From Candidatus Latescibacterota bacterium (GTDB lineage: Bacteria; Latescibacterota; UBA2968): a stretch of DNA of 64,000 bases. The stretch covers positions 5,696,001 through 5,760,000 of the forward strand of contig OZ242311.1 in assembly GCA_965207885.1 (NCBI GenBank), in the 5' to 3' direction. Shown here piece by piece: positions 20,212 through 30,040 of the stretch. The position numbers and the translations under genes are program-made. The first letter of the stretch is position 1. Each line of letters begins with the position of its first letter. Under the pieces are notes generated by a model. That model saw only the letters and a program-made list of their open reading frames with translations. It was not told the DNA's origin and made no database searches.

Positions 20212-20334
20212 TCAATTCGGACAAATCCAGCGTTTTTTCCACTCCCGCATAATGTGAAAATGCTGTTGCACCTTATGATAACGGCGTAAAATCTCGAGCA
20301 CCTTTAACCGCAAAATATACTTTTCCTGATCCAT
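20212..20334 (-). CDS. Possible 40-aa small protein
   Basis: MDQEKYILRLKVLEILRRYHKVQQHFHIMREWKKRWICPN, preceded by GGGGAGAGG and followed by the terminator. Confidence 0.35.
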   Translation of the reverse strand: MDQEKYILRLKVLEILRRYHKVQQHFHIMREWKKRWICPN

Positions 20335-20388
20335 AACGCCTCTCCCCATTGTGATAGTTGAGCGATTGCCCATTCTCCCAGCCCCCTC

Positions 20389-20420
20389 TGGATCGCGGCT
20401 CAACACCATGCCGCGATGAC
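20389..20420. repeat. REP-like palindromic repeat copy 3
   Basis: TGGATCGCGGCTCAACACCATGCCGCGATGAC. Confidence 0.75.
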
Positions 20421-20425
20421 GGGTT

Positions 20426-21877
20426 TCATCCTTCGCATTTCTCAGTGAACTGGTCTGGACTGCGACCAGTTGTACCCCGTTCCACACTCCTATCTCCTTC
20501 CCGATACCGATCTAAAATCCCCAGCAATTCCTCTGCCACCTCCGACTTTTCCAAGAATAAATTATACTGCTCTTCCGGATCGGATACCATATCGTAAAGC
20601 TGCATCGGCGGTGCATCTTCTGGCACATCTGCCTCCCGCAAACTCCAGCCCCCCGACCCGCGACAAGTCACCAGCTTCCATTGATCTTTGCGAATCGCAA
20701 ACTCCCCGCTAATCGAATGATGCACCGTCGCCTCCCGAATCGTATCCTCCTGATCGCCTCGCATATACGGCAAAATATCATAACTATCCTCACCCGCATC
20801 CCCTGGCAACTCCACATCGCAAATCCCGGCAACAGTCGCCAGCAAATCCGTCAAACACACCGTCTTATCACAACGCGACCCCGGCTCAATCACCCCCGGC
20901 CACGAAGCGATAAACGGAATGCGATGCCCGCCATCCCACGCATCGGACTTCTGCCCCCGATAAATATAATTCCCCAAATGATCGTACTTCTCCTTCAGCC
21001 CGATCGGCTCTTCGTGACAGCCATTATCACTCGTCACAATAATCAGCGTATCATCTCCCAACCCATTGCGCTTCACCGCCGACAAAATCCGCCCAACACT
21101 CCAATCGTGCTCCGTCACATAATCCCCGTATTCCCCCGCCTGACTTCGCCCTGCAAACCGCCCCCGCGCAAAATGCGGCGTATGCGGCGAAGGCGCGGGA
21201 AAATACAAAAAGAACGGCTTATCCCCATTCTCCTTCGCGTGCTGATTGATAAACCCCTCGGCGCGAATCGTCAACTCCAGCAAACACGTATCATGCATAA
21301 ACCCCGGCGCACACGCACCCCCGCGCCAAAATTCTGGCCTCGGCGAATCCGCAGTCTCCTCAACCGGCTGCTCCACCACCACCCCATCTTCAATATAACA
21401 ATACGGAGCCATATCCAGCGACGCCGGAATAATAAACGAATAATCAAAACCCACCGTATGGGGTCCATCCGTCAACGGCGCAGAAAAATCCACCGTCTCT
21501 CCATTCACCCTCTCCGCCCCATCTCGTACCTGCCAGCCCAAACCCAAATGCCACTTGCCCACACAAGCCGTCGTATAACCCTCATCGCGCAACAGCGAGG
21601 GCACAGTCATCCGCCCATCTTCGATCAACGGCTCGGAATACCCATTCAAAACCCCGCGCTTCAACCGCGACCGCCAGCAATAACGCCCCGTCATCACCCC
21701 GTAACGCGTGGGCGTACACACCGCAGAATTGCTATGTGCATCCGCAAAAATCATCCCCTCAGACGCGAGTTGATCCGTATGCGGCGTTGGAATCTTCGAA
21801 TCGGGATTCAAACAACTCACATCTCCATATCCCCAGTCATCTGCCAAAAGGTAGATAATATTTGGCTTGCGCATCAT
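20426..21877 (-). CDS. Arylsulfatase (Cys-type)
   Basis: PNIIYLLADDWG, CTPTR sulfatase motif, GKWHLG, TSDNG, GQK...GGHRIP. Confidence 0.92.
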   Translation of the reverse strand: MMRKPNIIYLLADDWGYGDVSCLNPDSKIPTPHTDQLASEGMIFADAHSNSAVCTPTRYGVMTGRYCWRSRLKRGVLNGYSEPLIEDGRMTVPSLLRDEGYTTACVGKWHLGLGWQVRDGAERVNGETVDFSAPLTDGPHTVGFDYSFIIPASLDMAPYCYIEDGVVVEQPVEETADSPRPEFWRGGACAPGFMHDTCLLELTIRAEGFINQHAKENGDKPFFLYFPAPSPHTPHFARGRFAGRSQAGEYGDYVTEHDWSVGRILSAVKRNGLGDDTLIIVTSDNGCHEEPIGLKEKYDHLGNYIYRGQKSDAWDGGHRIPFIASWPGVIEPGSRCDKTVCLTDLLATVAGICDVELPGDAGEDSYDILPYMRGDQEDTIREATVHHSISGEFAIRKDQWKLVTCRGSGGWSLREADVPEDAPPMQLYDMVSDPEEQYNLFLEKSEVAEELLGILDRYREGDRSVERGTTGRSPDQFTEKCEG

Positions 21878-21948
21878 ACAAACTCCCTTCATCATGTCTA
21901 TTCAAAAGCCACAAAAATCATGATCACCATAATACACCCATCCATACC

Positions 21949-22986
21949 ATGACACAACCTCATTTTCTCCAAACACTCCAGCGCCACACGTCCAACCCCT
22001 TCTTGACCATCGAAGACATCACCTGGGACTACAAAAAAAAGCGATCCATCATGTTTCCCAGCGTCATCGACATGAGCGACAAACTCAACAGCCCCATTGA
22101 TCGCTACTACATGTATCTCGCCTCACACGGCGGCAGAGAAATCGGCTTTGCAACCGCGCCAACGCTCGAAGGCCCCTGGACAATGCAAAAAGAAGCCGTC
22201 CTCCACCTCGACAATTGCCCTGCCGTCAAGGGCCACCTCAGCTCGCCCGAAATCATTTATTACAACAACCGCTTCATCCTCTACTACCACGGCGGCTGTC
22301 CGCCAGAAGTCCTCGAAGAACAAAACCGCCGAATGCCGACCCACTATTATCGCCGCATTCAAAACTCAGGCGCCGCCACCTCAACCGACGGCATCCACTT
22401 CGACATACACCCCGACCCCCTCCTCCTCCCCATCACCACACCCGATCACTGGCGTGCGGCCACCAACATGTATCTGCGCGTCGTGCCCACAGAAAACGGA
22501 TGCCACGGCTTCTTCATGACCATGACCCGCGAAGAAGCGGATTACAATAATGAAACCAAAAAACTTCCCAAAGAACAACGGAGAGGTCGCCCCCATCCCA
22601 CAAGCATCGGCCATGCCTATTCGCCCGACGGATTAGATTGGACCCTCGACGAAACCGGTGCCATCCTCACCGCCGAAGAAATATATGGGGAACACCAGCG
22701 CATTCGCCATATTGGATGCACGCTCATCGACGACACACACATCCTGGCAACCTATTCTTGCTTTGCCAACATCAATGCAACCTTTGAAAGCATCTTCGCT
22801 GCCACATTACAAATCAACGGCCAGGCGGTACGCCTTGTTCACAAACACGGAACAATCCTAACACCCCAGGGAGAATGGGAAAAGCAAAATGTGCGCGATC
22901 CTTTTCCCATATTTCACGATAAAAAACTCTATCTCTATTACGCCGGTGGCGGAGAAAAAGGCATTGGGCTGGCTATCAGCGCGTGA
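21949..22986 (+). CDS. Five-bladed beta-propeller glycoside hydrolase-like protein (GH32/43/130-like)
   Basis: FPSVI, YYMYLASH, HLSSP, STDGIHF, SPDGLDW, VRDPF, LYYAGGGEKGIGLA. Confidence 0.65.
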   Translation: MTQPHFLQTLQRHTSNPFLTIEDITWDYKKKRSIMFPSVIDMSDKLNSPIDRYYMYLASHGGREIGFATAPTLEGPWTMQKEAVLHLDNCPAVKGHLSSPEIIYYNNRFILYYHGGCPPEVLEEQNRRMPTHYYRRIQNSGAATSTDGIHFDIHPDPLLLPITTPDHWRAATNMYLRVVPTENGCHGFFMTMTREEADYNNETKKLPKEQRRGRPHPTSIGHAYSPDGLDWTLDETGAILTAEEIYGEHQRIRHIGCTLIDDTHILATYSCFANINATFESIFAATLQINGQAVRLVHKHGTILTPQGEWEKQNVRDPFPIFHDKKLYLYYAGGGEKGIGLAISA

Positions 22987-23042
22987 TTGTTTTCTGAACG
23001 CAAAAACATCATTTCTTTTATTGTGTATAACACGAGGTCTTC

Positions 23043-24488
23043 ATGCCCAACAAACCAAACATCCTCTGGATCTGCACCGACCAGCAGCGCTTTGACACCC
23101 TCGGCTGTTATGGCAACCCTTATGTACACACCCCCAACCTGGACCGCCTCGCCGAACAAAGCGTCCTCTTCGAAACCGCCTTCTCTCAAAGCCCCGTCTG
23201 CACGCCCAGCCGATCCAGCTTTCTCACCGGACGCTACCCGCGCACTACGCGCTGCCGACAAAACGGCCAATCCATACCCGGCGACGAAATCCCCGTCACC
23301 AAACTACTCCACGACGCCGGATACGTATGCGGCCTATCCGGCAAACTCCACATCTCGGTCTGCAACCCCAGCGCGTGCCACGGCACAGAACGCCGTATAG
23401 ACGACGGCTATGACCAGTTCTTCTGGTCGCACGACCCCGCCCCCAGATGGCCCACCAATGACTATCACCAGTGGTTGCGCGACAAGGGCCTGAAACGCGA
23501 TGTCCAACCCTTCCCCGACTCCCGATACGTACAGACACTCCCCTCTGAAGAACACAGCCAGACCACCTACTGCATCCAGCGCGCCATCACCTTCATCCGC
23601 CGATGCGCTGAAGAAGGCATGCCCTGGACCTTCTCCCTCAACCCCTTTGACCCGCATCACGCCTTTGATCCCCCGCGCGAAGACCTCGAACGCTACCGCG
23701 ATATAATCGACGACATACCCCTGCCCAACTACACCGAAGGCGAACTCCACGACAAACCCATCTGGCAACGCATTGATCACGGCGGCTCTTACGGCGGCAA
23801 AGGCATGTATGCGTACGACCAAATGATCGACACCGATCACCGTTGGGTCACCGCGGCGTATTGGGCCATGGTCGATGTCATCGACCGGCAGACCGGCCAC
23901 CTGCTCGACTGCCTTGAAGAAACCGGTCAACGCGACAACACATACATCATCTTCACCTCTGACCACGGCGAAATGCTAGGCGACCACGGCATCTACCTCA
24001 AAGGTCCCTTCTTCTACGAACCCGCTGTGCGCGTCCCCCTCCTCATCTCAGGACCGGGCCTTCGCAACGACGGCTCGCGATCATCTGCACTCTTCGAACT
24101 CGTTGACCTCGCGCCCACTATCCTCGAATGGGTCGGCCTCGACCGCCATCCCGCCATGCAGGGCCGCACGCTCCAACCCATCCTGAAAGGTGACGCGCCC
24201 CTCAACCAGCACCGCGACGACATCTACTGCGAATATTACAACGCCATGCCGGGCCACAAAAATCCGCCAGCCCATGCCACCATGGTCCGCACCGACCGCT
24301 ACAAACTCGTCGCCGCACACGGCACTGGCGAAGGCGAACTCTACGACCTCGAAACCGACCCCACTGAAACGCACAACCAGTGGAACAACCCCAACTACAC
24401 CACCGTGCGCCTCGACCTCATGACCCGCCTTGCCGACCGCCTGGCCTGGACCGTTGATCCCCTGCCCCCGAGAGAAGCGGGATTTTAA
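23043..24488 (+). CDS. Sulfatase (Cys-type)
   Basis: PNILWICTDQQR, CTPSR, GKLH, FTSDHGEMLGDHG. Confidence 0.92.
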   Translation: MPNKPNILWICTDQQRFDTLGCYGNPYVHTPNLDRLAEQSVLFETAFSQSPVCTPSRSSFLTGRYPRTTRCRQNGQSIPGDEIPVTKLLHDAGYVCGLSGKLHISVCNPSACHGTERRIDDGYDQFFWSHDPAPRWPTNDYHQWLRDKGLKRDVQPFPDSRYVQTLPSEEHSQTTYCIQRAITFIRRCAEEGMPWTFSLNPFDPHHAFDPPREDLERYRDIIDDIPLPNYTEGELHDKPIWQRIDHGGSYGGKGMYAYDQMIDTDHRWVTAAYWAMVDVIDRQTGHLLDCLEETGQRDNTYIIFTSDHGEMLGDHGIYLKGPFFYEPAVRVPLLISGPGLRNDGSRSSALFELVDLAPTILEWVGLDRHPAMQGRTLQPILKGDAPLNQHRDDIYCEYYNAMPGHKNPPAHATMVRTDRYKLVAAHGTGEGELYDLETDPTETHNQWNNPNYTTVRLDLMTRLADRLAWTVDPLPPREAGF

Positions 24489-24501
24489 TAAGGAGCATTT
24501 C

Positions 24502-26187
24502 ATGCCCGAAACACAACCGCGACCCGAACATCCTCGTCCGCAATTTCAGCGCAACACATGGTTGAACCTCAACGGCACCTATAACTTCGCCATAGACTCT
24601 GGAAAATCCGGCGAAGCCAAAGGTTGGCCCCAAAATCCCGCTGAGTTAGACTGCGCCATCACCGTCCCCTTCTGTCCTGAATCCAGCCTCTCAGGCATAC
24701 AATACACGGACTTCATGCCCTCGGTCTGGTATCACAGAACCCTCGACATCCCCGACGAATGGACGGACAAGCGCGTACTCCTGCACTTCGGCGCGGTCGA
24801 TTACCACTGCAAAGCCTGGGTCAACGGTCGGCTCATCGGACAGCATTACGGCGGCAGTTCATCCTTCACATTTGACATCACAGACGCGCTCACGTCTGGC
24901 GCGAACAACCTCGTCGTCTGCGCCAATGACGACACGCGCTCTGGCGACCAGCCATCGGGCAAACAATGCCCCGACCTCTATTCCCGCGGCTGCCACTACA
25001 CGCGTGTCACGGGAATATGGCAAACCGTCTGGCTCGAAGCCGTACCCGAATCGCGCATCGAAACGGTACGCATCGTACCCGACCTCGACAGCAGCCGCTT
25101 TGTACTCACCCCCACATTCAAAAACGCGCATCGCGGACACAGCTTTCGCGCCGTCCTCCTCAACGGCAAAGAAGAAGTCGCGGTCTCCACCATGCCCGCC
25201 ACGAGCGGCACTGCCATGTCCTTGCGCATCAAAAACCCGCAACCCTGGTCGCCAGACAACCCCCATCTCTACGACCTCCGCTTTGAACTCCGCGACAACG
25301 ACACCACCATCGACACAGCCAACAGCTATGCCGGCCTGCGAAAATTTCACATCGAAGGGCACAAATTCTACCTCAACAACACCCCCCTATTCCTGCGCCT
25401 TGTACTGGACCAGGGATTCTATCCCGACGGAATATGGACTGCCCCATCCGACGAAATGCTCAAAGGCGACATCGAAAAATCGCTCGCAGTAGGCTTCAAC
25501 GGCGCGCGCCTGCACCAGAAAGTATTCGAAGAACGCTTTCACTACTGGGCCGACAAACTCGGATATCTCACCTGGGGCGAATACTGCGACTGGGGCATGA
25601 ACTTCGGCTCACCCCAATCTATTCACAACCAGCAGCGCGAATGGCGAGAAATTGTCCAGCGAGACCTCAACCACCCCTCTATCCTCGCGTGGACCCCATA
25701 CAACGAAACCCGGGGCGGCGCGACCAACCACTTTGAAGCACACCGCCGGGCCGTACAGGAAACCTACGACCTCACCAGAGCACTCGACCCCTCTCGACCC
25801 TGCCACGACACCAGCGGCTACGTACACGTCTGCACAGACATCTACACCGTACACGACTACGAACAGGACCCCGTCAAATTCCAGGCAACTTATGCACCCG
25901 TATCTCCCGACGACTGGAAAAACACACCCATCCGCTTTCCCGAACTGAATGTGCCCTATCAGGGCCAACCCTATGTCGTCGATGAATACGGCGGCACATG
26001 GTGGGACCCCAATGCCGTCGAAACAGAACAGGACGCAGACCGCAAAAGCAGCTGGGGCTATGGCAAGCGCCCCACCGACATCGAACAAGAACAAAACGGC
26101 ATCTACACCTATGACCGCCGGGAAAAATTCGACGCAAAACGCCTGAAAAAATACTTCGGCGCCCCGGCGGCGATAGAAGAGGAGTAA
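24502..26187 (+). CDS. Glycoside hydrolase family 2 (beta-galactosidase/glucuronidase-like), probable C-terminal internal deletion
   Basis: HPRPQFQR..WLNLNG, LHFGAVDY, GIWQTVWLE, LDQGFYPDG, WTPYNE, DEYGG. Confidence 0.88.
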   Translation: MPETQPRPEHPRPQFQRNTWLNLNGTYNFAIDSGKSGEAKGWPQNPAELDCAITVPFCPESSLSGIQYTDFMPSVWYHRTLDIPDEWTDKRVLLHFGAVDYHCKAWVNGRLIGQHYGGSSSFTFDITDALTSGANNLVVCANDDTRSGDQPSGKQCPDLYSRGCHYTRVTGIWQTVWLEAVPESRIETVRIVPDLDSSRFVLTPTFKNAHRGHSFRAVLLNGKEEVAVSTMPATSGTAMSLRIKNPQPWSPDNPHLYDLRFELRDNDTTIDTANSYAGLRKFHIEGHKFYLNNTPLFLRLVLDQGFYPDGIWTAPSDEMLKGDIEKSLAVGFNGARLHQKVFEERFHYWADKLGYLTWGEYCDWGMNFGSPQSIHNQQREWREIVQRDLNHPSILAWTPYNETRGGATNHFEAHRRAVQETYDLTRALDPSRPCHDTSGYVHVCTDIYTVHDYEQDPVKFQATYAPVSPDDWKNTPIRFPELNVPYQGQPYVVDEYGGTWWDPNAVETEQDADRKSSWGYGKRPTDIEQEQNGIYTYDRREKFDAKRLKKYFGAPAAIEEE

Positions 26188-26193
26188 TCCCCC

Positions 26194-28113
26194 ATGGACC
26201 CCCGATGGCAAAACCTCCCGCACACCAACACCGAATTTACGCCCGCAACATATCCCGACCGCGAAACCTGGGAACGAGAAAAGGCGAGACTCAAAAAGCA
26301 AATCCTCTTTGCCGCAGGACTCTGGCCAATGCCCGAAAAACCCCCGCTCGACATCCACATCTACGACCGCATTGAACGAGACGGGTACACCATCGAAAAA
26401 GCCTACTTTCAGAGCTTGCCCAACTTCTACGTGGGCGGCAGCCTCTTTCGCCCCCTCAACCCACAACCCAAAAGCCACCCCGGCATCTTAAGCCCACACG
26501 GACATGCACAACTGGGCCGCATACAACACGGGGACACATCCTATCCGGGCCGGGGCATCACCTTTGCCCGAATGGGCTGCACGGCCTTCATGTGGGACAT
26601 GGTCGATTACAACGACAGCGCCCGACATCTCTCCGGCGCATACCAGGAAGAAACCTACGGTGTTGTACACCGCGCCCCCTGGCCCCACAAACAAGATGAC
26701 CGCATGCTCTGGAACATCGGCATCCTGGGCTTTCAACTCTGGAACAGCATCCGCGCACTCGACTTCCTCTGCGAACTCCCCGAAGTCGATACCAACCGCC
26801 TGGGCTGCACGGGCGAATCGGGCGGAGGCACTCAAACCTATAACCTCTATGCCGTTGACGACCGCCTGCACGTCGCCGCACCCGTCTGCATGGTCTCCGC
26901 CTACATGCAAGGCGGCTGTGTCTGTGAAAACGCCCCCCTATTGCGCATCGACACCAACAACGTCGATATCGGCGCCACCTTCGCGCCCAAACCCCTCATC
27001 CTCGTCAGTTCCTCACAGGACTGGACGCAACACACCCCCGACGTCGAATACCCCGCCATCAAACGCATATACGACCTCTACGACGCCGACGACAGCATCT
27101 CTCAAATCCAGATAGACGCACCCCACGGCTACAACCTCGAAATGCGCGAAGCCGTGTACCGCTGGTTCGCCCGCTGGCTCGACCTGCCCTATGGCGACGA
27201 CTTTCGCGAACCCCCCTTTGAAGTTGAAGAACACAAAGACATGCTCGCCTTTTTCAATGGCCTGCCCGACGGCGCAATCACCCAACACGCAGACCTCATC
27301 CGCCAGTGCATCGCCGCATCCAAAACCGCACTGGAAACCTATCGCCCAAACACCCCCGACGCCCTCGCCGCAAATCGACGCACCCTGGGCGAAGCCCTGC
27401 GTATAACCGTTGGCTACGACCACAGCACCGTCACATATCAACACAACACTCAAAAAGACGGCACACTCATCGGCAACCGCCGCAATGTGCGCGTCCCCAT
27501 CCGCACCTTCACACCCGAAACCCCGTCCGACACATCCACCCTCTTAATTCACCCGCACGGCCTGGACGCCCTGTACTCACCCATCATCGAGGCCCTCCTC
27601 GACAAAAATCACACCGTCTATGCCATAGACCCCTTCGGCACGGGCCAAAACATCGGCGAAGAAAATCCCGAAGAACCGCGCGGAGGCGGGAAATTCTTCA
27701 ACACCTTTAACCGCACCGATGACGCCGAACGCATATACGACATCGCACTCGCATTGCGCCACATCCCCGATGGCCCGGTAAACATCGTCGGCTTTGGCAA
27801 TGCCGGACTCTGGACCATCATCGCAGGTGCAATCACAGAACGCACCGACCTGCAAATCGCATCCGACATCAACGCATTCAACACCGCAACCGAAAACGAC
27901 TATCTCAAACACCTGCCCATCCCCGGCATACTCAAAGCGGGTGGATTGCCAAACGCCGCAGCACTCATCGCCCCGAACAACTTGCTCTTACACAACACGG
28001 GCGATACCTTCGACACCTCCTGGGCAGAAGCGGCCTACGCGCTTTATCCCGAAGCAACGCTGACAATAAAAGATGACCTTGCAAAAAACGAGGACCTGAT
28101 CGATTTTTTGTAA
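26194..28113 (+). CDS. Alpha/beta-hydrolase, acetylxylan-esterase-like
   Basis: ILSPHGH, IRALDFL, TGESGGGTQT nucleophile elbow, GGCVCEN. Confidence 0.8.
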   Translation: MDPRWQNLPHTNTEFTPATYPDRETWEREKARLKKQILFAAGLWPMPEKPPLDIHIYDRIERDGYTIEKAYFQSLPNFYVGGSLFRPLNPQPKSHPGILSPHGHAQLGRIQHGDTSYPGRGITFARMGCTAFMWDMVDYNDSARHLSGAYQEETYGVVHRAPWPHKQDDRMLWNIGILGFQLWNSIRALDFLCELPEVDTNRLGCTGESGGGTQTYNLYAVDDRLHVAAPVCMVSAYMQGGCVCENAPLLRIDTNNVDIGATFAPKPLILVSSSQDWTQHTPDVEYPAIKRIYDLYDADDSISQIQIDAPHGYNLEMREAVYRWFARWLDLPYGDDFREPPFEVEEHKDMLAFFNGLPDGAITQHADLIRQCIAASKTALETYRPNTPDALAANRRTLGEALRITVGYDHSTVTYQHNTQKDGTLIGNRRNVRVPIRTFTPETPSDTSTLLIHPHGLDALYSPIIEALLDKNHTVYAIDPFGTGQNIGEENPEEPRGGGKFFNTFNRTDDAERIYDIALALRHIPDGPVNIVGFGNAGLWTIIAGAITERTDLQIASDINAFNTATENDYLKHLPIPGILKAGGLPNAAALIAPNNLLLHNTGDTFDTSWAEAAYALYPEATLTIKDDLAKNEDLIDFL

Positions 28114-28122
28114 AAAACCTTC

Positions 28123-28181
28123 TGGATCGCGGCTCAAGCATGCCCCTGCATGATTTAAGCAGGGGACCATACCGCGATGAC
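28123..28181. repeat. REP-like palindromic repeat copy 4 (with nested hairpin)
   Basis: TGGATCGCGGCTCAAG...CCCCTGC-N9-GCAGGGG...CCGCGATGAC. Confidence 0.75.
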
Positions 28182-28236
28182 GGCTCTATAACGCCTGATT
28201 TGCTGACCGCTTAACATATAAAACAGGAAAACAACC

Positions 28237-29502
28237 ATGAACGACCAAATGCAACACGCCCGCGACGTCGCGCTCAACATCCTCAAACCGTCACAGCGCG
28301 ACATAGAACACGGCCTGGAACTTCACGAACACGCCCTCGTCATCGAATCCTACGGCCTTGGTCTGCGCTCACCCGTCGATCCCGACCCCGTCAACGCAGC
28401 CATAGCAGCAGGCGCATCTGACCGCGAACTGCAAGACCTCACCGAAGACATGGGCATGACCCGCTGGGCACTCACCCCTGAACTCCGACGAGAATACCGG
28501 GAAATCTGGCGTGCCTCTGGCGTCACCTGCACCTTTCAAAACGCAGGCGAAGAATGCAACGACCCCCTGCGCATCATCAAACGCCTTGCTCGACACACAT
28601 ACAACACCGACGCCATGCCCGACTTACTCCAGCGCGTCACCACACCCGACGACATCGCGGCAGCCCACAAAGCGGGCAAACGCTGCACCTATCTCACCTG
28701 CAACGGCATTCCACTCGCCGGCGACCAGGCCAATCCGGACGAAGAACTGCGCTATATCCGCGTCTTTGCACAACTGGGCGCGCGCATGATGCACCTCACG
28801 TACAACCGCCGCAACCCCATCGGAGATGGCTGCGGCGAACCCAACGACGCGGGCTTGAGCGACTTTGGACACGCCACAGTCGCCGAAATGAACCGCCTCG
28901 GCATCATCATAGACCTCGCCCACACCGGCTGGCAAACCTGCCTCGACACAGCAAAAGCATCCGCACAACCCGTCGTCGTCAGCCACTCCGTCGCCTGCAC
29001 AGTCAATGAACACATCCGAAGCAAACCCGACAACATCATCCGCGCGGTACTCGACACCGGAGGCACCATGGGCATCACCAATGTACCCGCATTCCTCGGC
29101 GGCAGCGGCGACATCAGTGCATTCCTCGACCACATCGACTACGTCGCCAAAACCTTTGGCACTGACGCCGTCACCATCGGCACGGATCGAGGCTACCCCT
29201 CAAAATACAGCGCCGAAGCCAACCGCAAACTCAACCCCCGTCCCAGACAGCGCAACCGCTGGGAGGCACTCTGGCCGCCCGGAGACCCGCTCCGTTCCCC
29301 CGAATGGCGACAACCCCACCAGGAACAAAGCCTCACCTGGACCAACTGGCCCCTCTTCACCGTCGGCCTTGTACAACGGGGCTACAGCGACGACGACATC
29401 GCAAAAATCATCGGCGGTAATATCCTTCGCGTAGCAAAAGACGTCTGGAAAGATTCGGCTTATGCCGTCTCAGCTGAAAATATCCAAAAGAGGCCGAAGT
29501 GA
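28237..29502 (+). CDS. Membrane dipeptidase (peptidase M19) family protein
   Basis: HLTYNRRN, GLSDFG, MNRLGIIIDLAH, VSHS, HIDY, IGTD, GGNILRV. Confidence 0.85.
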   Translation: MNDQMQHARDVALNILKPSQRDIEHGLELHEHALVIESYGLGLRSPVDPDPVNAAIAAGASDRELQDLTEDMGMTRWALTPELRREYREIWRASGVTCTFQNAGEECNDPLRIIKRLARHTYNTDAMPDLLQRVTTPDDIAAAHKAGKRCTYLTCNGIPLAGDQANPDEELRYIRVFAQLGARMMHLTYNRRNPIGDGCGEPNDAGLSDFGHATVAEMNRLGIIIDLAHTGWQTCLDTAKASAQPVVVSHSVACTVNEHIRSKPDNIIRAVLDTGGTMGITNVPAFLGGSGDISAFLDHIDYVAKTFGTDAVTIGTDRGYPSKYSAEANRKLNPRPRQRNRWEALWPPGDPLRSPEWRQPHQEQSLTWTNWPLFTVGLVQRGYSDDDIAKIIGGNILRVAKDVWKDSAYAVSAENIQKRPK

Positions 29503-29573
29503 TGCGTGGAGTTTCTGTTGACTATAGGATTAGAAATTAATAAAATAGCGCGACAACAATAAAAAGGTAGAAG

Positions 29574-29978
29574 ATGCCAGCACGAATCGAGTTAAATCCG
29601 CCATGGCCGTGGGCAAGCAAATTCCGGATTGCCCAGGGCGTGCAGGTTGGAAACAGAGTATATGTCTCGGGACAGGTCGCTTTTGACCCACGGGGCAACG
29701 TGGTTGGCCGGGACAATATGGGCGCACAGGCAAGTCAAGTGTTCGAGAATATCCGAGCGGTTCTCGCCGAAGCGGGTGCGACAATGGATGACGTGGTAAA
29801 AATTACGGCGTTCATCACCGACATGAGCCGGTACGCGGACTATACTGCGGCGCGTGCAGAGGCGTTTCCGAATAATATCCCTGCCAGTGCCACAGTCGCA
29901 ACACCAACACTGGTAAGCCCCGATCTGCTCGTCGAGGTTGATGCGGTTGCGGAGATTGGCAGCGGGAAAAGAGCGTGA
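29574..29978 (+). CDS. RidA/YjgF family protein
   Basis: VYVSGQV, AGATMDDVVK, PASATV, LVEVDAVA. Confidence 0.88.
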   Translation: MPARIELNPPWPWASKFRIAQGVQVGNRVYVSGQVAFDPRGNVVGRDNMGAQASQVFENIRAVLAEAGATMDDVVKITAFITDMSRYADYTAARAEAFPNNIPASATVATPTLVSPDLLVEVDAVAEIGSGKRA

Positions 29979-30040
29979 TTGCAAACCGCTTTTCATTCCG
30001 CGGGCATCTTCATTGTGAAAGCATACTTTTAGGAGAAATC

